Of a stretch of DNA of 64,000 bases, positions 13,101 through 25,095 are shown in pieces. Position 1 is the first letter of the stretch. The number at the start of each line of letters is the position of its first letter. The position numbers and the translations under genes were made by a program. The stretch is from the NCBI RefSeq assembly GCF_030028105.1, contig NC_092375.1, positions 43,995,130 through 44,059,129 of the forward strand, given 5' to 3'. Below the pieces are notes generated by a model. The model had not been told where the DNA came from and did not search any database. It saw only the letters and a list, made by a program, of their open reading frames with translations. Source of the DNA: Mobula birostris (lineage: Eukaryota).

Positions 13101-13950
13101 CTTCCTCGGTCTTTTCAGTTCGGTTCCCACCCTCCAGCAAATCTATTTTAAACTCTCCCCAATAGCCTTAGCAAACCTCCCTGCTTGGATATTAGTCCCC
13201 CTCGGATTCAAGTGTAACCCATCCTTATTGTGCAGATCATGCCTGTCCCAAAAGAGGTCCCAAAGCTACAGAAATCCGAATCCCTGCCCCTTGCTCCAAT
13301 CCCTCAGCACCTGAGAGGCAAATTACCATCCATGTTTCTCGCCTGCGTCCACAGAATCGTCTGTCTGACCCCCTAACTATACAGTCCCCTGTCGCTGCTG
13401 CCATTCTCTTCCTTTCTCTGCCCTTCTGAGCCACAGGGCCAGACTCTGTGCCAGAGGCGCAGCCACTATTGCTTCCCCCAGGTAGGTCCCCCCCCCAACT
13501 GTACTCAGACAGAGGTACTTATTGTCAAGGGGGTGCAGCCACAGGGGTACTCTATAGTACCTGACTCTTACCCTTCCCTCTCCCAACTGTTACCCACTTA
13601 TGTCTCCCGAGTCCCCCGTGTGACTACTTGCCTGTAGCTCCTCTCTATCACCTCCTCACTCAGATGAAAGTCATCAAACTGCATCTCCAGTTCCCTAACC
13701 CGGTCCCTAAGGAGCTGCAGCTCAACACACCTGGGGCAGATGTGGCCATCCGGGAGGCTGGGAGTCTCCCGGGCATCTCACATTCGACACCGAGAACAGA
13801 ACACCGGCCTCGCAGACATACTTCCCGTTTCTGTACTACACAAGTAACTTACCTCGCCTCGACCCGTTATCCCCGAAGCCCGGTTGAGCCAAAGCTCTCC
13901 TACTCTGGCACCCGTTCTATTAAGCTATTAGATTTGAAACTATTTCATAA
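10165..13950 (-). mobile_element. Near full-length degenerate CR1 LINE (ORF1 esterase + ORF2 EN/RT)
   Basis: Minus ORFs give GDCIVRG..MVICL (ORF1), YFNARSI..ITETW (endonuclease), [24 protein letters not shown] (RT) and LEYCTQFWSP; tail (ttctatg)n at 10165; many stops and frameshifts. Confidence 0.9.
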
Positions 13951-14029
13951 ACTTACCAGCCAGAAAAGATTCTGCAGATGCTGGAAATATTGATCAACAG
14001 CACAGAAATTAAGGGAGGAATTTGGCAAA

Positions 14030-14790
14030 TTCAAGTTTGCCAGAGCTGTTGGGGAGGATTTAAACTCATTTGGCAGGGGTAACGAGAACCGGAGGGATCG
14101 GGATGAAAATGGGGCAGTTGGTATACAAGTCGATGCAGTGTGTAATAAGAATGCGAGGAAGGACAGGCAAATGATAGGGCAAAATTACAGTCAGTGGGTG
14201 AGTTGCCCTATAACATGGAAGCAAAATCAGAAAATGTGACCAATAGAGGGCACAGCCGAAGGATGTTGGCCCAAAATGTCCACTGTACTTTTTTCCATAG
14301 ATACTGCCTGGCCAGCTGAGTTCCTCCAGCTTTTTGTATCTGTTGCTCGGGTTTCCGGCATCTGCAGATGAGGGTTAACTTATGAGGAGCGTTTGATGGC
14401 TCTGGCCCTGTACTTGCCGGAGTTTAGAAGAGGGGCGGGGGTGCGATGGGGATCTCATTGAAACGTAATGAATATCGAAAGATTTGGACAGAGTGGATGT
14501 GGAATGGAGGTTTCCTAAGGTGGGTGTGTGTAGGACCAAAGGCCACAGCCTCAAAAGAGAGGGACGTCCATTTAGAACGGAGATGAGGAGGAATTTCTTT
14601 AGCCAGTGGGTGGTGAATCTGTGAAGTCCAAGTCAAGATTATATTTAAAGAAGTTCTTGATTAGTCAGGGCGTCAAAAGTAACGGGGAAAAGACAGGATG
14701 AATGGGGTTGAGAGGGATAATAAATCAGCCACGATGTAATGGCGGAACAGACTCGATGGCGTTAATTCTGCCTCTATGTTTTTATGGTCC
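14030..14790 (+). mobile_element. CR1 fragments interleaved with Penelope-derived pieces
   Basis: CR1 inter-ORF segment (14030-14250), decayed hammerhead-family terminus (14255-14370), CR1 3' end (14370-14790). Confidence 0.65.
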
Positions 14791-15096
14791 TAAGTCAGGC
14801 GGGATCTATGGAAAGGAATGAACGGTCAACTCTTCGCGCCGAGACGCTGCATCGGGACTGCAAAGGATGGAGGCATTTATGTGCTGATCATAGACTCTTG
14901 GTTATAAGCAAGTATCACGAGGGTCGGGAACCCGGGAACGATAGAAATTAGGACACTGGCAGCGGTGATATCTAGAAAGAAAGGAGGTCATGCCTAGTTT
15001 ACAATGTGCCCTCTCGTGCTTGAAGGTAATAAAATACTAGTCTGATATGTGATTTACAAAAATTATATGGGGCTTTTAGTCGCCATTCTACCCTAC

Positions 15097-15451
15097 CTGC
15101 AACCGCAACAATCAGCTGAGTTCCGAAGCCCTGAATATTCTTGGAGAACGAAGTGATAGCGTTGCAATAATATGTCCCGCTGTCTGCAAACTCAAGGTTA
15201 TTTATTAATCGTCAAGGTGCTATTGAAACTTGAAGAATTAGTTCCAAACACACTGATGCGACCATCTCCACTCTTGGTGCTGATGTTTCTCGCGTACAAA
15301 TCACCAGAGATCTCTTTAGTAAAATGCCAATAAAAGCTACCATTTACCAACTCTCCCTTGTCTTGTAAAGTACAGCTGAAGGAGGCAGAATCCCCTACCA
15401 GCAGCCGGAGCGATCGGGGAGTTTGCTGCAAATCCAGTCCGGTGGCAGCAC
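15097..15451 (-). pseudogene. Germline-joined VJ-type Ig V-domain exon (NKp30/TMIGD2/CD28-like receptor), frameshifted in this sequence
   Basis: Acceptor tgatag|GT, donor G|GTAGGG. Peptide LDLQQTPRSLRLLVGDSASFSC..FYW..STLTIN, then in the +1 frame NLEFADSGTYYCNAITSFSKNIQGFGTQLIVAVA. Exon length 355 = 3n+1; the extra base(s) lie in ATTAATAAATAACC near 15200. Confidence 0.8.
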
Positions 15452-15556
15452 CTATCACAATACAGCTCGTTAAAGTTGCAAGTAGCAAACAGCAAACATA
15501 ATAATTACACATTAAGTGTGAACAATTGTGTGTCGCTTTGAATCTATTATACTTAC

Positions 15557-15587
15557 AGATTGCTACCAGGACCAGAATGGTGATCAT
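15557..15587 (-). CDS. Leader (signal peptide) exon MITILVLVAI of VJ-type Ig gene
   Basis: ATG at 15587, phase-1 donor T|GTAAGT at 15556. A 105-nt intron joins it to the V exon, giving MITILVLVAICAATG-LDLQQTP. Confidence 0.85.
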
Positions 15588-15759
15588 AATTTTTCTTCGA
15601 AAGGCTGAAGCTCAAGAATAACTGTTCCAAACAATTCGCTTCTATTGTCAGTTCTCGTTTCATCATTTCCTTTTTAAAGCAATGTGACTGGTCATCATCT
15701 TCTCTGACTTGGATAATTTGAATTATGTAGTAAAATCGATTTTTCTCAATACATGAGGA

Positions 15760-16015
15760 CATGGCTTTAAGGTAAGCGGTGGGAAGTTCAAGGGGGATAT
15801 TAGAGGAAGGTTTTTCACTCAGAGTGTGGTTGGTGTGTGGAATGCACGGCCTGAGTCAGTGGTGGAGGCAGATACACTAGTGAAGTTTAAGAGACTACTA
15901 GACAGGTATACGGAGGAATTTAAGGTGGGGGCTTATATGGGAGGCAGGGTTTAAGGGTCGGCACAACATTGTGGGCCGAAGGGCCTGTACCGTACTGTAC
16001 TATTCTATGTTCTAT
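15760..16015 (+). mobile_element. CR1 3' end
   Basis: Near-identical to 20796-21041; ends in tattctatgttctatg. Confidence 0.85.
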
Positions 16016-18836
16016 GTTTTATCTCTAGTTCATCGTCACAGCAACCGGTTTCCGGGACAGACCATGCTCTTAGGTGCCATGCACAAGTCACTGACGGGGA
16101 GCGCAACAATCCAGCCCGTGACAGAGTCTGCACATCCTACAGGGCATTATGGAGCAACAAATGAATTGCAGGACAACCTTGGGGAGTCCAGCTTCACCTG
16201 TGGGGTGGAAGCTGTTGGTGCTTCTGGTGGAACCCCTGTATCAGTATACAGAGCCAAGGTAGTCGGTATAAAGAAGAACAAGGGAGTGGCGAGCCAGGCA
16301 GATGAGAGTGGTGGACGGGGGAAGGATAAAGGATAAAAGATTAAGCCAAATATAGAGAAAATAGGATGGAGTTAGCAGACAAAGCCAGGTGAGGGATGAC
16401 AAAAAAGGAAGATGCTGAAAGGAGGGAGAGATGGAGTGAAAAAGGACGCAGCTTCTGAAGAGAAATAACCAGGAACTCTATATCTGGTCACAACATACTG
16501 ATGCAGCTATAAAGAAAGCAAAACAGCGGCTATGTTTCTTCAGGAGTTTGCGATTTGGTTTATTACCTTTGGTCACCTAAAGCACTCGAAAACTTCTACA
16601 GATGTATCTCGGAGAGCATTCAGACTGGATGCATCACCGTCCGGTATGGGGGTGGGGGGCGGCTACTGCACAGGATCGAAGTAAGCTGCAGAGGGTTGTA
16701 AAATTAGACAGCTTCATCATGGGCACTAGCCTCCATAGTCTCCAATACATCTTCGAGGAGCGGTGCCTCACAATGGTGGCATCCATCATTAGGGACCCCG
16801 TCACCCAGGACATACCCTCTTCTCATTGTTATTATCGGGAAGGAGGTACGGAAGCAGGGGCGGCACTGAGGTGGTGCTAGCTGGGGCTATAGCCCCAGCA
16901 GAAATTGCAATAGCACCAGCGTAGCACCACCAAGAAATTAACTGAAATTTCACATACAAATTGCAGCTGCATTTATTTCTCTGTATAGTTTTGAATACAG
17001 CTTGTTTCTCCAGTTGATCAAGTGAAACGGCGCCCCCAATTACCATAGCACCCACGCAGCAATAAAATTATAAACTCTATCAGATCCACTCTACACTTCT
17101 GCTTATTTGTTCCTTGTCAATGTCTCGCCGTTGCTGCGCTCAGATCAGTTAGGCTGATCTAAGATCACTTAAGGTGGTGATGTCACTCACTCTCACTCAC
17201 GCGTTGATAGTATACATCCAGTCGCAGATCCGTGGTCTCGCGAACTAACGGATCCCCCCCCCACCCCCGCCACCCCCCCACACACACAGTGCTTTTGCAA
17301 GCGAGCGTCAACCTCGCACGTGTATTATTTTGGCCGGCGTGAAAAATGGATCAACTTTTAGTGAGAAAACGACCTCCTCCAGAGGAATCAGTGGTGTCTC
17401 AGCCTGAGCATATCTTAATTGAAAGTGACATGCAGAAAGTAGGGATGAAGACGACAGCAGTTCGTCGAAGGAGTGTGAGGGCGAAGCAGAGGAACAAGAA
17501 ATGGAGCGGGATTCACAAGAGAACGTGGATGAAGCTGCTCTTACTGCTGGTGGGAATACTGTTAGCGATGTTAGCCAGCAGCCTGAGGAAGGACCCCGTC
17601 GGCCAGCATTGAAAATAGTCATAGTCATACTTTATTGATCCCGAGGGAAGCACCATTCGCTGCTCGCAACAGTTTGGCAATCAGCAAGGGAGTTTTATTC
17701 GTGGCTGGTTTGACTGACTGGAATATTCGAGCACGAAAGGTACTACGTTTTGCTTCGCATGCAGGCATTACCTGTCTGGAGGACATGGGTTCTATTCTGA
17801 GTCTACCTTCACTGTCACCGGTTACCGCAACAGGCAGAAAGCTAGAACAGCTTTCAAAACCCACCATGTAAATGCAGCTCATAAGTTTGCTATGGAGGCA
17901 CGGGCCGAATTCAGATTGAGAAAACAAGCGGTTCAAGATTGGGACATAAGCTTGACAAAGGACATGCAAAGATTGTCCAAGAAAATCGTGAGTATATGAG
18001 AGCTGTGGTTGAGTCTCCAGCAAGGACAGACATTGATTGACACAGTGGAATTTCTAGCTCCAATGAGTCCCTACCGCGATGCATTTATAGATTTATACAA
18101 ATTGATCTGCATGTCACTGACTCTACCTGTGACATCTGCCTCGTGCAAACGGAGTTTCTCTTGCCTCAGACCGCTCAAAAACTACCTAAGGAATAACAGT
18201 GAAGATACTCAGAACAGCAACTTGGCCCTGTTGGCCATAAACAGGCAAAGGACCAAAGCACTTGACATCCAGAAAATCATTGATGCTTTCAGCACCAATC
18301 ACAACAGACAGATTGTGCTTCTCTGAAAACATCAATGGTGAGTGCAGTTGATTTTTTTTTAAAAATTCGGCCAAGACTAATGCTGATTATTATTATTATT
18401 TTGTGGTGGATATCCCATAGTCTTTATGTTTCCTGAAAATCCTAAACTATTACATTTACTGCTATTAAGCCTACTGGTTTTGCTTAGACTTCCAAGCAGT
18501 GATTCTGTTGATTTTTGTTTTAAATTCATTAGCCGAATTTGGCAGTTTTGGCAGTTGGTCTGTGCAATCAAGTCAATCAAGATTTGAATAGTTCAGCAGA
18601 AAGCCGTTCATTAGACAATCAAGATTTGAATAGCTCAGACTCAGCAGAAAGCAGCTGATTGGGCAATCGAAGTCAGGTGACCAAGCATTTTGAAAAGCTC
18701 AGATAAATAGAGGGGTAGATCAAGCGGAGCGGCCAGTGAGTGAGTGGGCCAGTGAAGGAGTGGAGCTTTGAGGCTTTGACACGAGAGGCTTCCACGAGAA
18801 GAGGCGGAGGACAAGCTTGATCCCGGTTATTCTTTA

Positions 18837-19673
18837 ATGTCTCCTGAGACGGTAATGTGCTTCTCATGTGGGATGTGGCAGTCTTGGGGGAACTCCCCTC
18901 TCCCGCAGAGTCACATCTGCCAGAAGTGCATATGGCTGGGCCATCTGGAAGACCATGTAAGGAATCTGGAGCAGCACCTGGATGACCTTCGACTCATAAG
19001 GGAGAATGAGGCAGTCATAGATGAGAGCTACAGGGAGGTAGTCACACCTAGGCTGTTGGAAGCAGGTCGTTGGGTGACAGTCAGAGGGGGGAAAGCGAAG
19101 GTGAGCAGACAGGTAGTGCAGAGCACCACTGTAGCCATTCCCCTGAATAATAAGTTTACCATTCTGGATACTGTTGGTGGGGTTGACCAACCAGGTGTGA
19201 GCCACGGTGGCAGGGCCTCCGGCACAGAGTCTGAGCTGGTGGAGCAGAAGCGTGGGATGGAGAAGAGGACAGCTGTTGTCATTGGAGATTCTATAGTCAG
19301 GGGAGCAGACAGGAGATTTTGTGGACGTGAGAAGGACACCTGCATGGTTTGTTGCATCCCAGGTGCCAGGGTCCGGGATGTCTCTGACTGGGTGCACGAC
19401 ATCCTGGTACGAGAGGGAAAGCAACCAGAAGTCGTGATACATGTTGGGACCGACGACATAGGCAGGAAGAGGGATGAGGTCCTGAAGTGTGAGTTTCGGG
19501 AAATAGGCAGAAGGCTGAAGAACAGGACCTCAAGGGTGGCGTTCTCAGGATTGCTGCTAGGGCTACGTGACAATGATGGTAAGAATTGGAGGAGATGGCA
19601 GTTGAATGCGTGGCTGAGGAGTTGGTGCAGGGAGCAGGATTTTAGATTTTTGGATCATTGGGATCATTTTTGA
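18837..19673 (+). CDS. CR1 ORF1 protein (zinc finger/leucine zipper + SGNH esterase), truncated
   Basis: CxxC..CxxC plus heptad leucines, then VIGDSIVRG and VIHVGTDDIG motifs; preceded by a CR1-type 5' UTR from about 18660. Confidence 0.85.
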   Translation: MSPETVMCFSCGMWQSWGNSPLPQSHICQKCIWLGHLEDHVRNLEQHLDDLRLIRENEAVIDESYREVVTPRLLEAGRWVTVRGGKAKVSRQVVQSTTVAIPLNNKFTILDTVGGVDQPGVSHGGRASGTESELVEQKRGMEKRTAVVIGDSIVRGADRRFCGREKDTCMVCCIPGARVRDVSDWVHDILVREGKQPEVVIHVGTDDIGRKRDEVLKCEFREIGRRLKNRTSRVAFSGLLLGLRDNDGKNWRRWQLNAWLRSWCREQDFRFLDHWDHF

Positions 19674-20795
19674 CTTCTGCAGTGCGTTCAACACCATCCG
19701 CCCTGCTCTGCTGGGGGAGAAGCTGACAGCGATGCAGGTGGATACTTCCCTAGTATCATGGATTCTTGATTACCTGACTGGCAGACCACAGTACATGTGC
19801 TTGCAACGCTGTGTGTCGGACAGAGTGATCAGCAGCACTGGGGCTCCACAGGGGACTGTCTTGTCTCCCTTTCTCTTCACCATTCACACCTCAGACTTCA
19901 ACTACTGCACGGAGTCTTGTCGTCTTCAGAAGTTTTCGGATGACTCTGCCATAGTTCGATGCATCAGCAAGGGAGATGAGGCTGAGAACAGGGCTATGGT
20001 AGGAAACTTTGTCACATGGTGTGAGCAGAATTATCTGCAGCTTAACGTGAAAAAGACTGAGGAGCTGGTGGTAGACCTGAGGAGAGCTAAGGTAGCAGTG
20101 ACCCCTGTTTCCATCCAGGGGGTCAGTGTGGACATGGTGGAGGTTTACAAATACCTGGGGATACGAATTGACAATAAGCTGGACTGGTCAAAGAACACTG
20201 AGGCTGTCTACAAGAAGGGCCAGAGCCGTCTCTATTTCCTGAGGAGACTGAGGTCCTTTAACATCTGCTGTACGATGCTGAGGATGTTCTACGAGTCTGT
20301 GGTGGCCAGTGCTATCATGTTTGCTGTTGTGTGCTTGGGCAGCAGGCTGAGGGTGGCAGACACCAAGAGAACCAACAAACTCATTCGTAAGGCCAGTGAT
20401 GTTGTGGGGATGGAACTGGACTCTCTCATGGTGGTGGCTGAAAAGAGGATGCTGTCTAAGTTGCATGCCATCTTGGTCAATGTCTCCCATCCACTACATA
20501 ATGTACTGGTTGGGCACAGGAGTACATTCAGCCAGAGACTCATTCCACCGAGATGCAGCACTGAGCGTCATAGGAAGTCATTACTGCCTGTGGCCATCAA
20601 ACTTTACAACTCCTCCCTTGGGGGGTCAGACATCCTGAGCCAATAGGCTGGTCCTGGACTTATTTCATAATTTACTAGCATAATTTACTTATTACTATTT
20701 AACTATATATGGTTCTATTACTATTTATTATTTATGGAGCAACTGTAACGAAAACCAATTTCCCCCGGGATTAATAAAGTATGACTATGACTATT
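19665..20795 (+). mobile_element. Rex1/Babar-type LINE, 5'-truncated, open RT 3' half
   Basis: ORF 19732-20646 is highly similar to 6342-7752; tail gggattaataaagtatgactatgactat. Confidence 0.9.
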
Positions 20796-21041
20796 TAAGG
20801 TAAGGGGTGGGAAGTTCTAGGGGGATATTAAAGGAAGGTTTTTTACTCAGAGTGTGGTTGGTGCGTGGAATGCACTGCCTGAGTCAGTGGTGGAGGCAAA
20901 TACACTACTGAAGTTTAAGAGACTACTAGACAGGTATATGGAGGAATTTAAGGTGAGGCTTATATGGGAGGCAGGGTTTGAGGGTCGGCACAACATTGTG
21001 GGCCGAAGGGCCTGTACTGTGCTGTACTATTCTATGTTCTA
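20796..21041 (+). mobile_element. CR1 3' end
   Basis: FTQSVVGAWNALPESVVEA region and ttctatg tail. Confidence 0.85.
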
Positions 21042-21659
21042 TGAATTAGTTGAGGTGTTGCATGGTCAGAGTATGATTTCTCCAACTCCTGGTAAAGCCT
21101 TGCATCTGTTGTTTGACAGTTTGCCTTTAATAACAGTGTATCTTTTGGCATTGTCAGTCTATGTAATGCGAATAGCAGTGGACATTGTGGGTGAGTGTTG
21201 TGTTTTTCAGTTGAAAAGCATGCATTTGACGCTGATTGCGGGATTGGTGTGTGATTCACGTTGTGCGCTGTGAATCGGATGCTCTGTTGGTTTGTTTGTT
21301 TGTGCTCTATGTAGCCCGGGTTGTCTCTGATGCTGTTGACACTGTCACAGTTCACTTCTATATTATATTTATCAAATGCTGTTGCTTGTGAATCAACAGA
21401 GGCATTTATAGCAGGCACATAATGCTTGAAACTGACTTTTGAACGCCACGCGTCTGGCCTTGCGAATACATATTACCATACAGTACATTCCTCAGCACCA
21501 TCACTGAATAACTGAGCCCCACTGTAGCACCAGCAAGAAAGAATCTCTGGCGCCGCCACTGTACGGAAGCCTGAAGGCGCGCACACGCACCGATTCAGGA
21601 ACAGCTTCTTCCCTGCCATCTGATTTCTAAGTGGACATTGACCTCATAAACACTTCTTC

Positions 21660-22360
21660 ATTACACACATGAGGCTGCTTAACAAGATAAAATGCTGTTG
21701 TGTTACAGAAAAGATACTGGCATGGGTAGAGGAATAGCTGGCAGGCAGGAGGCAGCGAGTGGGAATAAAAGAGGCCTTTTCTGAATGTCTACCAGTAAAC
21801 AGTGGTGTTCCTCAGGGGTCAGTATAGGGACTGCTACTTTTCACATTGTTTGTTAATGATTTGGATAATGGAATTGATGATTTTGTGGCAAAGTTTTCTG
21901 ATGATAGCTGGAGGAGTAGGTAGTGCTGAGGAAGCAATGCGATTGCAGCAGGACAGACAAATTGGAAGAATGGGCAAAATAGAGGCAGGTGGAATACAGT
22001 GTTGGGAAATGTATGAAAATGCATTTTGGTAAAAGGAACAATAGTGCGGACTATCATCTAAATGGGGAGAAGGTTCAAACATCAAAGGTGCAAAGGGACT
22101 TAGGAGTCCTCTTGCAAGCACCCCGGAAGGTGAATTTATAGCTTGGCTCTGTGGTAAAGAAGGCAAATGCAATGTTAGCATTTATTTCAAGGGAAATAGA
22201 ATATAAAAGCGAGGAGATAACGCTGAGGATTTATGAGACACTAGTCAGGCAGCACATGGAGTATTGTCAACTGTTCTGGGCCCCATATCTCAGAAAGGAA
22301 GTTTTGTCATTGGAGAGAGTCCAGAGGAGGTTCACGAGGATGATTCTGGGAATTTCTCCC
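21660..22360 (+). mobile_element. Degenerate CR1 RT fragment
   Basis: agtggtgttcctcaggggtcagta; ORF 22151-22414 HMEYCQLFWAP. Confidence 0.8.
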
Positions 22361-23704
22361 TCCTATTCACCTCCCCACTCATCCACGTACACACACAGTC
22401 CTCTAATCCCATGATAAGTCATCTCTGCACTCCAGTGGACTCATGGATTCATATGCACAATAGACCCAAGTTCATATTTTCCTTTATGTGAACCCCCTTC
22501 ATTTATTACTTTATATTATATTTATAAGAACAGCATTTTTGGATAGAGGACTAATTCCCTTTCAGTTCCCCAAGCTGGAAGCAAAGCCATAGGAATCAGT
22601 CAAAGCCAAAAGAAAGAATCTTTGTCCATTAATGGCTTCAACTTATTTTGGACCTCTTATATAAGAAAGGATGTCCTTGCATGGTGAAGGAAGCGTCGGG
22701 ACAGGAATCACCCAGCTCTGATGGTCATTTTATAATGTGTAAAATCGCTGCAGAATTTGTGGCGGTTTCACTTCAGTGCGTCACGTGTGGCAGACTGGCG
22801 GAAAGTATAATTTAAAAACTCTTCAATCATTCCAAACATTGGCCGTCTTGCACTGACAACTGATGAAATAGGCAAACGAGAAGCTGGAATTTGTAAATAA
22901 CCACTGAAAATATTTTCTGAAAAGCTAGCAGATGCACTTAAATAAAAAGGAAAAAATGTTGGCAACGTTCAGCAGGTCAGAGAGCATCCAGAGAAAAAAA
23001 AATAAGAGAAAAAATTTTTATCATTTCTGAGAGAAAGTGTGATTCAAGAGACTCAGGGGTAATGATGTGCTGGAAGAACAAGGTGAATGAGCAGCATCTG
23101 TGGGAGGGAAGTTCGCATGGAGACGCTGCATCGGTACTGAGTTATCATTTCATTTAGACATGAAACAGAAAAGCAGAAAATATGTCGCTGCCGGACTTGC
23201 TGAGAGGGGCATCTTAAGTTCTCATTTCAGCAAATGATCACCTGCTTTAAGAGATCGATCACTCAAGCGAGGTGAGGACTTGTCCGCTGTGAATGGTTGG
23301 TATCGAGAAATACCGGCTGAGTCTTAGAGTCACGGAACAATAGGGCCCGAACGCAGCGCCGTCGGTTCAATCAGCCCACGCAGACCACGTTATCCATCTC
23401 TAGCCAGTTCCAATTTCCTGCATTCAGCCCATATTCCTCCAGGCCCCTTCCCTCAAGTGGTTCTTACATAATACTATTGCACATGAATTTTGCACTATTT
23501 AGAAATTTTATGTCTTATCACTGTACCGCTGCCACAAATTCTGCGACATATTTCAATATTAATAAACCTGATTCTCATTCTGATACTGGTTCTTCCTCAA
23601 CTACTTCTTCTGGCAGCTTGTTCCCTATACTCATCACCCTCTGCGTGGGAAAAGTTGTCCCTGGGATCCCTTTTAAATCTTCCCCCTCGTCCTAAATTTA
23701 TGCC

Positions 23705-25095
23705 TGTCATAAGGGGGGCGCTGGGAGCGGACCCAAATGCAAGACACAGACACTGAAGTACTAGGAACCGGACTAGAGTTAGGGACGGGACTGGATGCAG
23801 ACTAGGAGCTGGGACAAGAACACAGACTTGGGCTAGGACTTGACTAGGAAAGCGGGACCTGGACGAGGAACTAGGAACTTGGAAACTGGACAAGGGCTCC
23901 GAGCCAGAGACTGGACAAGGACGCGAAACCTGAGTCTTGACTCGGGTTCGGACCCCGGATCCAAGCAAGGAGATGACGTGGCTACAGGACTGGACGACAC
24001 ACATGGACAGGACGAGAACACAAAGCCTGACTTGGACAGGACTTGGACTAGACGAGGTTCTTGGACGTGGCCAGGACTAGACGAGGTTCTTGGACAGGAC
24101 GAGAGACTCCAGCACAGGATGAAGGAACTCCAGCACCGGGCTGGGCGAGAACACGAAACCTTGATTTGGTCGACGGAAAGACAGGAACGCAGAGCCTTGG
24201 TCGAGGGAGAGACAGGAACGCAGAGCCTTGGTCGAGGGAGAGTGGAACATGGAACACAGAGCCGGGACCCCTCCTTGGGAACAGGACGTAGGGCCAGGAC
24301 TCATACACAGAATGCAGAACATGACGAGATGTTTCTCAACACTAGGTAGCCGCAAACGGCCAGACCTACCTAGCGAAGGTGTGGACACAGAGACAGTTCA
24401 AAACAACGATAGACAGTTCCTTATTTTGCTCTGGTGGTTGAATCTGACAGTGGTGCAGGCGAGGGTTACAGGTGAAGGAAGGCTTCAGGCGAGGTTTGGT
24501 AAGGCTTCAGGCAGGGCTTAGTCATAGTCATACTTTATTAATCCCAGGGGGAAATTGGTTTTCGTTACAGTTGCACCATAAATAATAAATAGTAATAGAA
24601 CCATAAATAGTTAAATAGTAATATGTAAATTATGCCAGTAAATTATGAAATAAGTCCGCAACCAGCCTATCGGCACAGGGTGTCTGACCCTCCAAGGGCG
24701 GAGTTGTAAAGTTTGATGGCCACAGGCAGGAATGACTTCCTATGACACTCTGTGCTGCATCTTGGAGGAATGAGTCTCTGGCTGAATGTACTCCTGTGCC
24801 CACCCAGTACATTATGTAGTGGATGGGAGACATTGACCAAGATGGCCTGCAACTTAGACAGCATCCTCTTTTCAGAACCACCATGAGAGAGTCCACGGGA
24901 GGAAGGGGAGGGGAAGGGAACAGTCCAGCAAGTGAAGCTGACCCCAGGAGCTATTTATGTAGCCAGCCCAAAATCAGATTCATATGCTTCAATTAAGGCA
25001 CACAACAGGACCAGGGAAAACCGGAAAACCTGGAGTACAGATCGATGGACCGGACCATGAACCGGAATGTGGATTTTACGGACCGGACCGTGACA
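23705..25095 (-). mobile_element. Putative solo LTR (Gypsy-like), copy 1, with Rex1 3' insertion at about 24519-24895
   Basis: TGTCA...TGACA termini; homologous in inverted orientation to 25350-26890; no gag/pol; TSD not clear. Confidence 0.6.

Larger units (their letters stand above)
16855..21561 (+). mobile_element. Internally deleted hAT DNA transposon carrying nested retroelements
   Basis: 8-bp TSD TACGGAAG (16847-16854 and 21562-21569); imperfect TIRs CAGGGGCGGC / GCCGCCACTG; TTF-type zinc finger remnant (WFD*LEYS..FCFAC, 17690-17760); hAT dimerization domain (LPVTSASCKRSFS, ORF 18009-18326); catalytic core missing. Confidence 0.9.
16490..21660 (+). mobile_element. Old Rex1/L2-like LINE 3' fragment split by the hAT insertion (16490-16854 and 21562-21660)
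   Basis: ggaaggaggtacggaag at the left junction continues as tacggaagcctgaaggcgcgcacacgcaccgattcaggaacagcttcttccc at the right. Confidence 0.7.
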
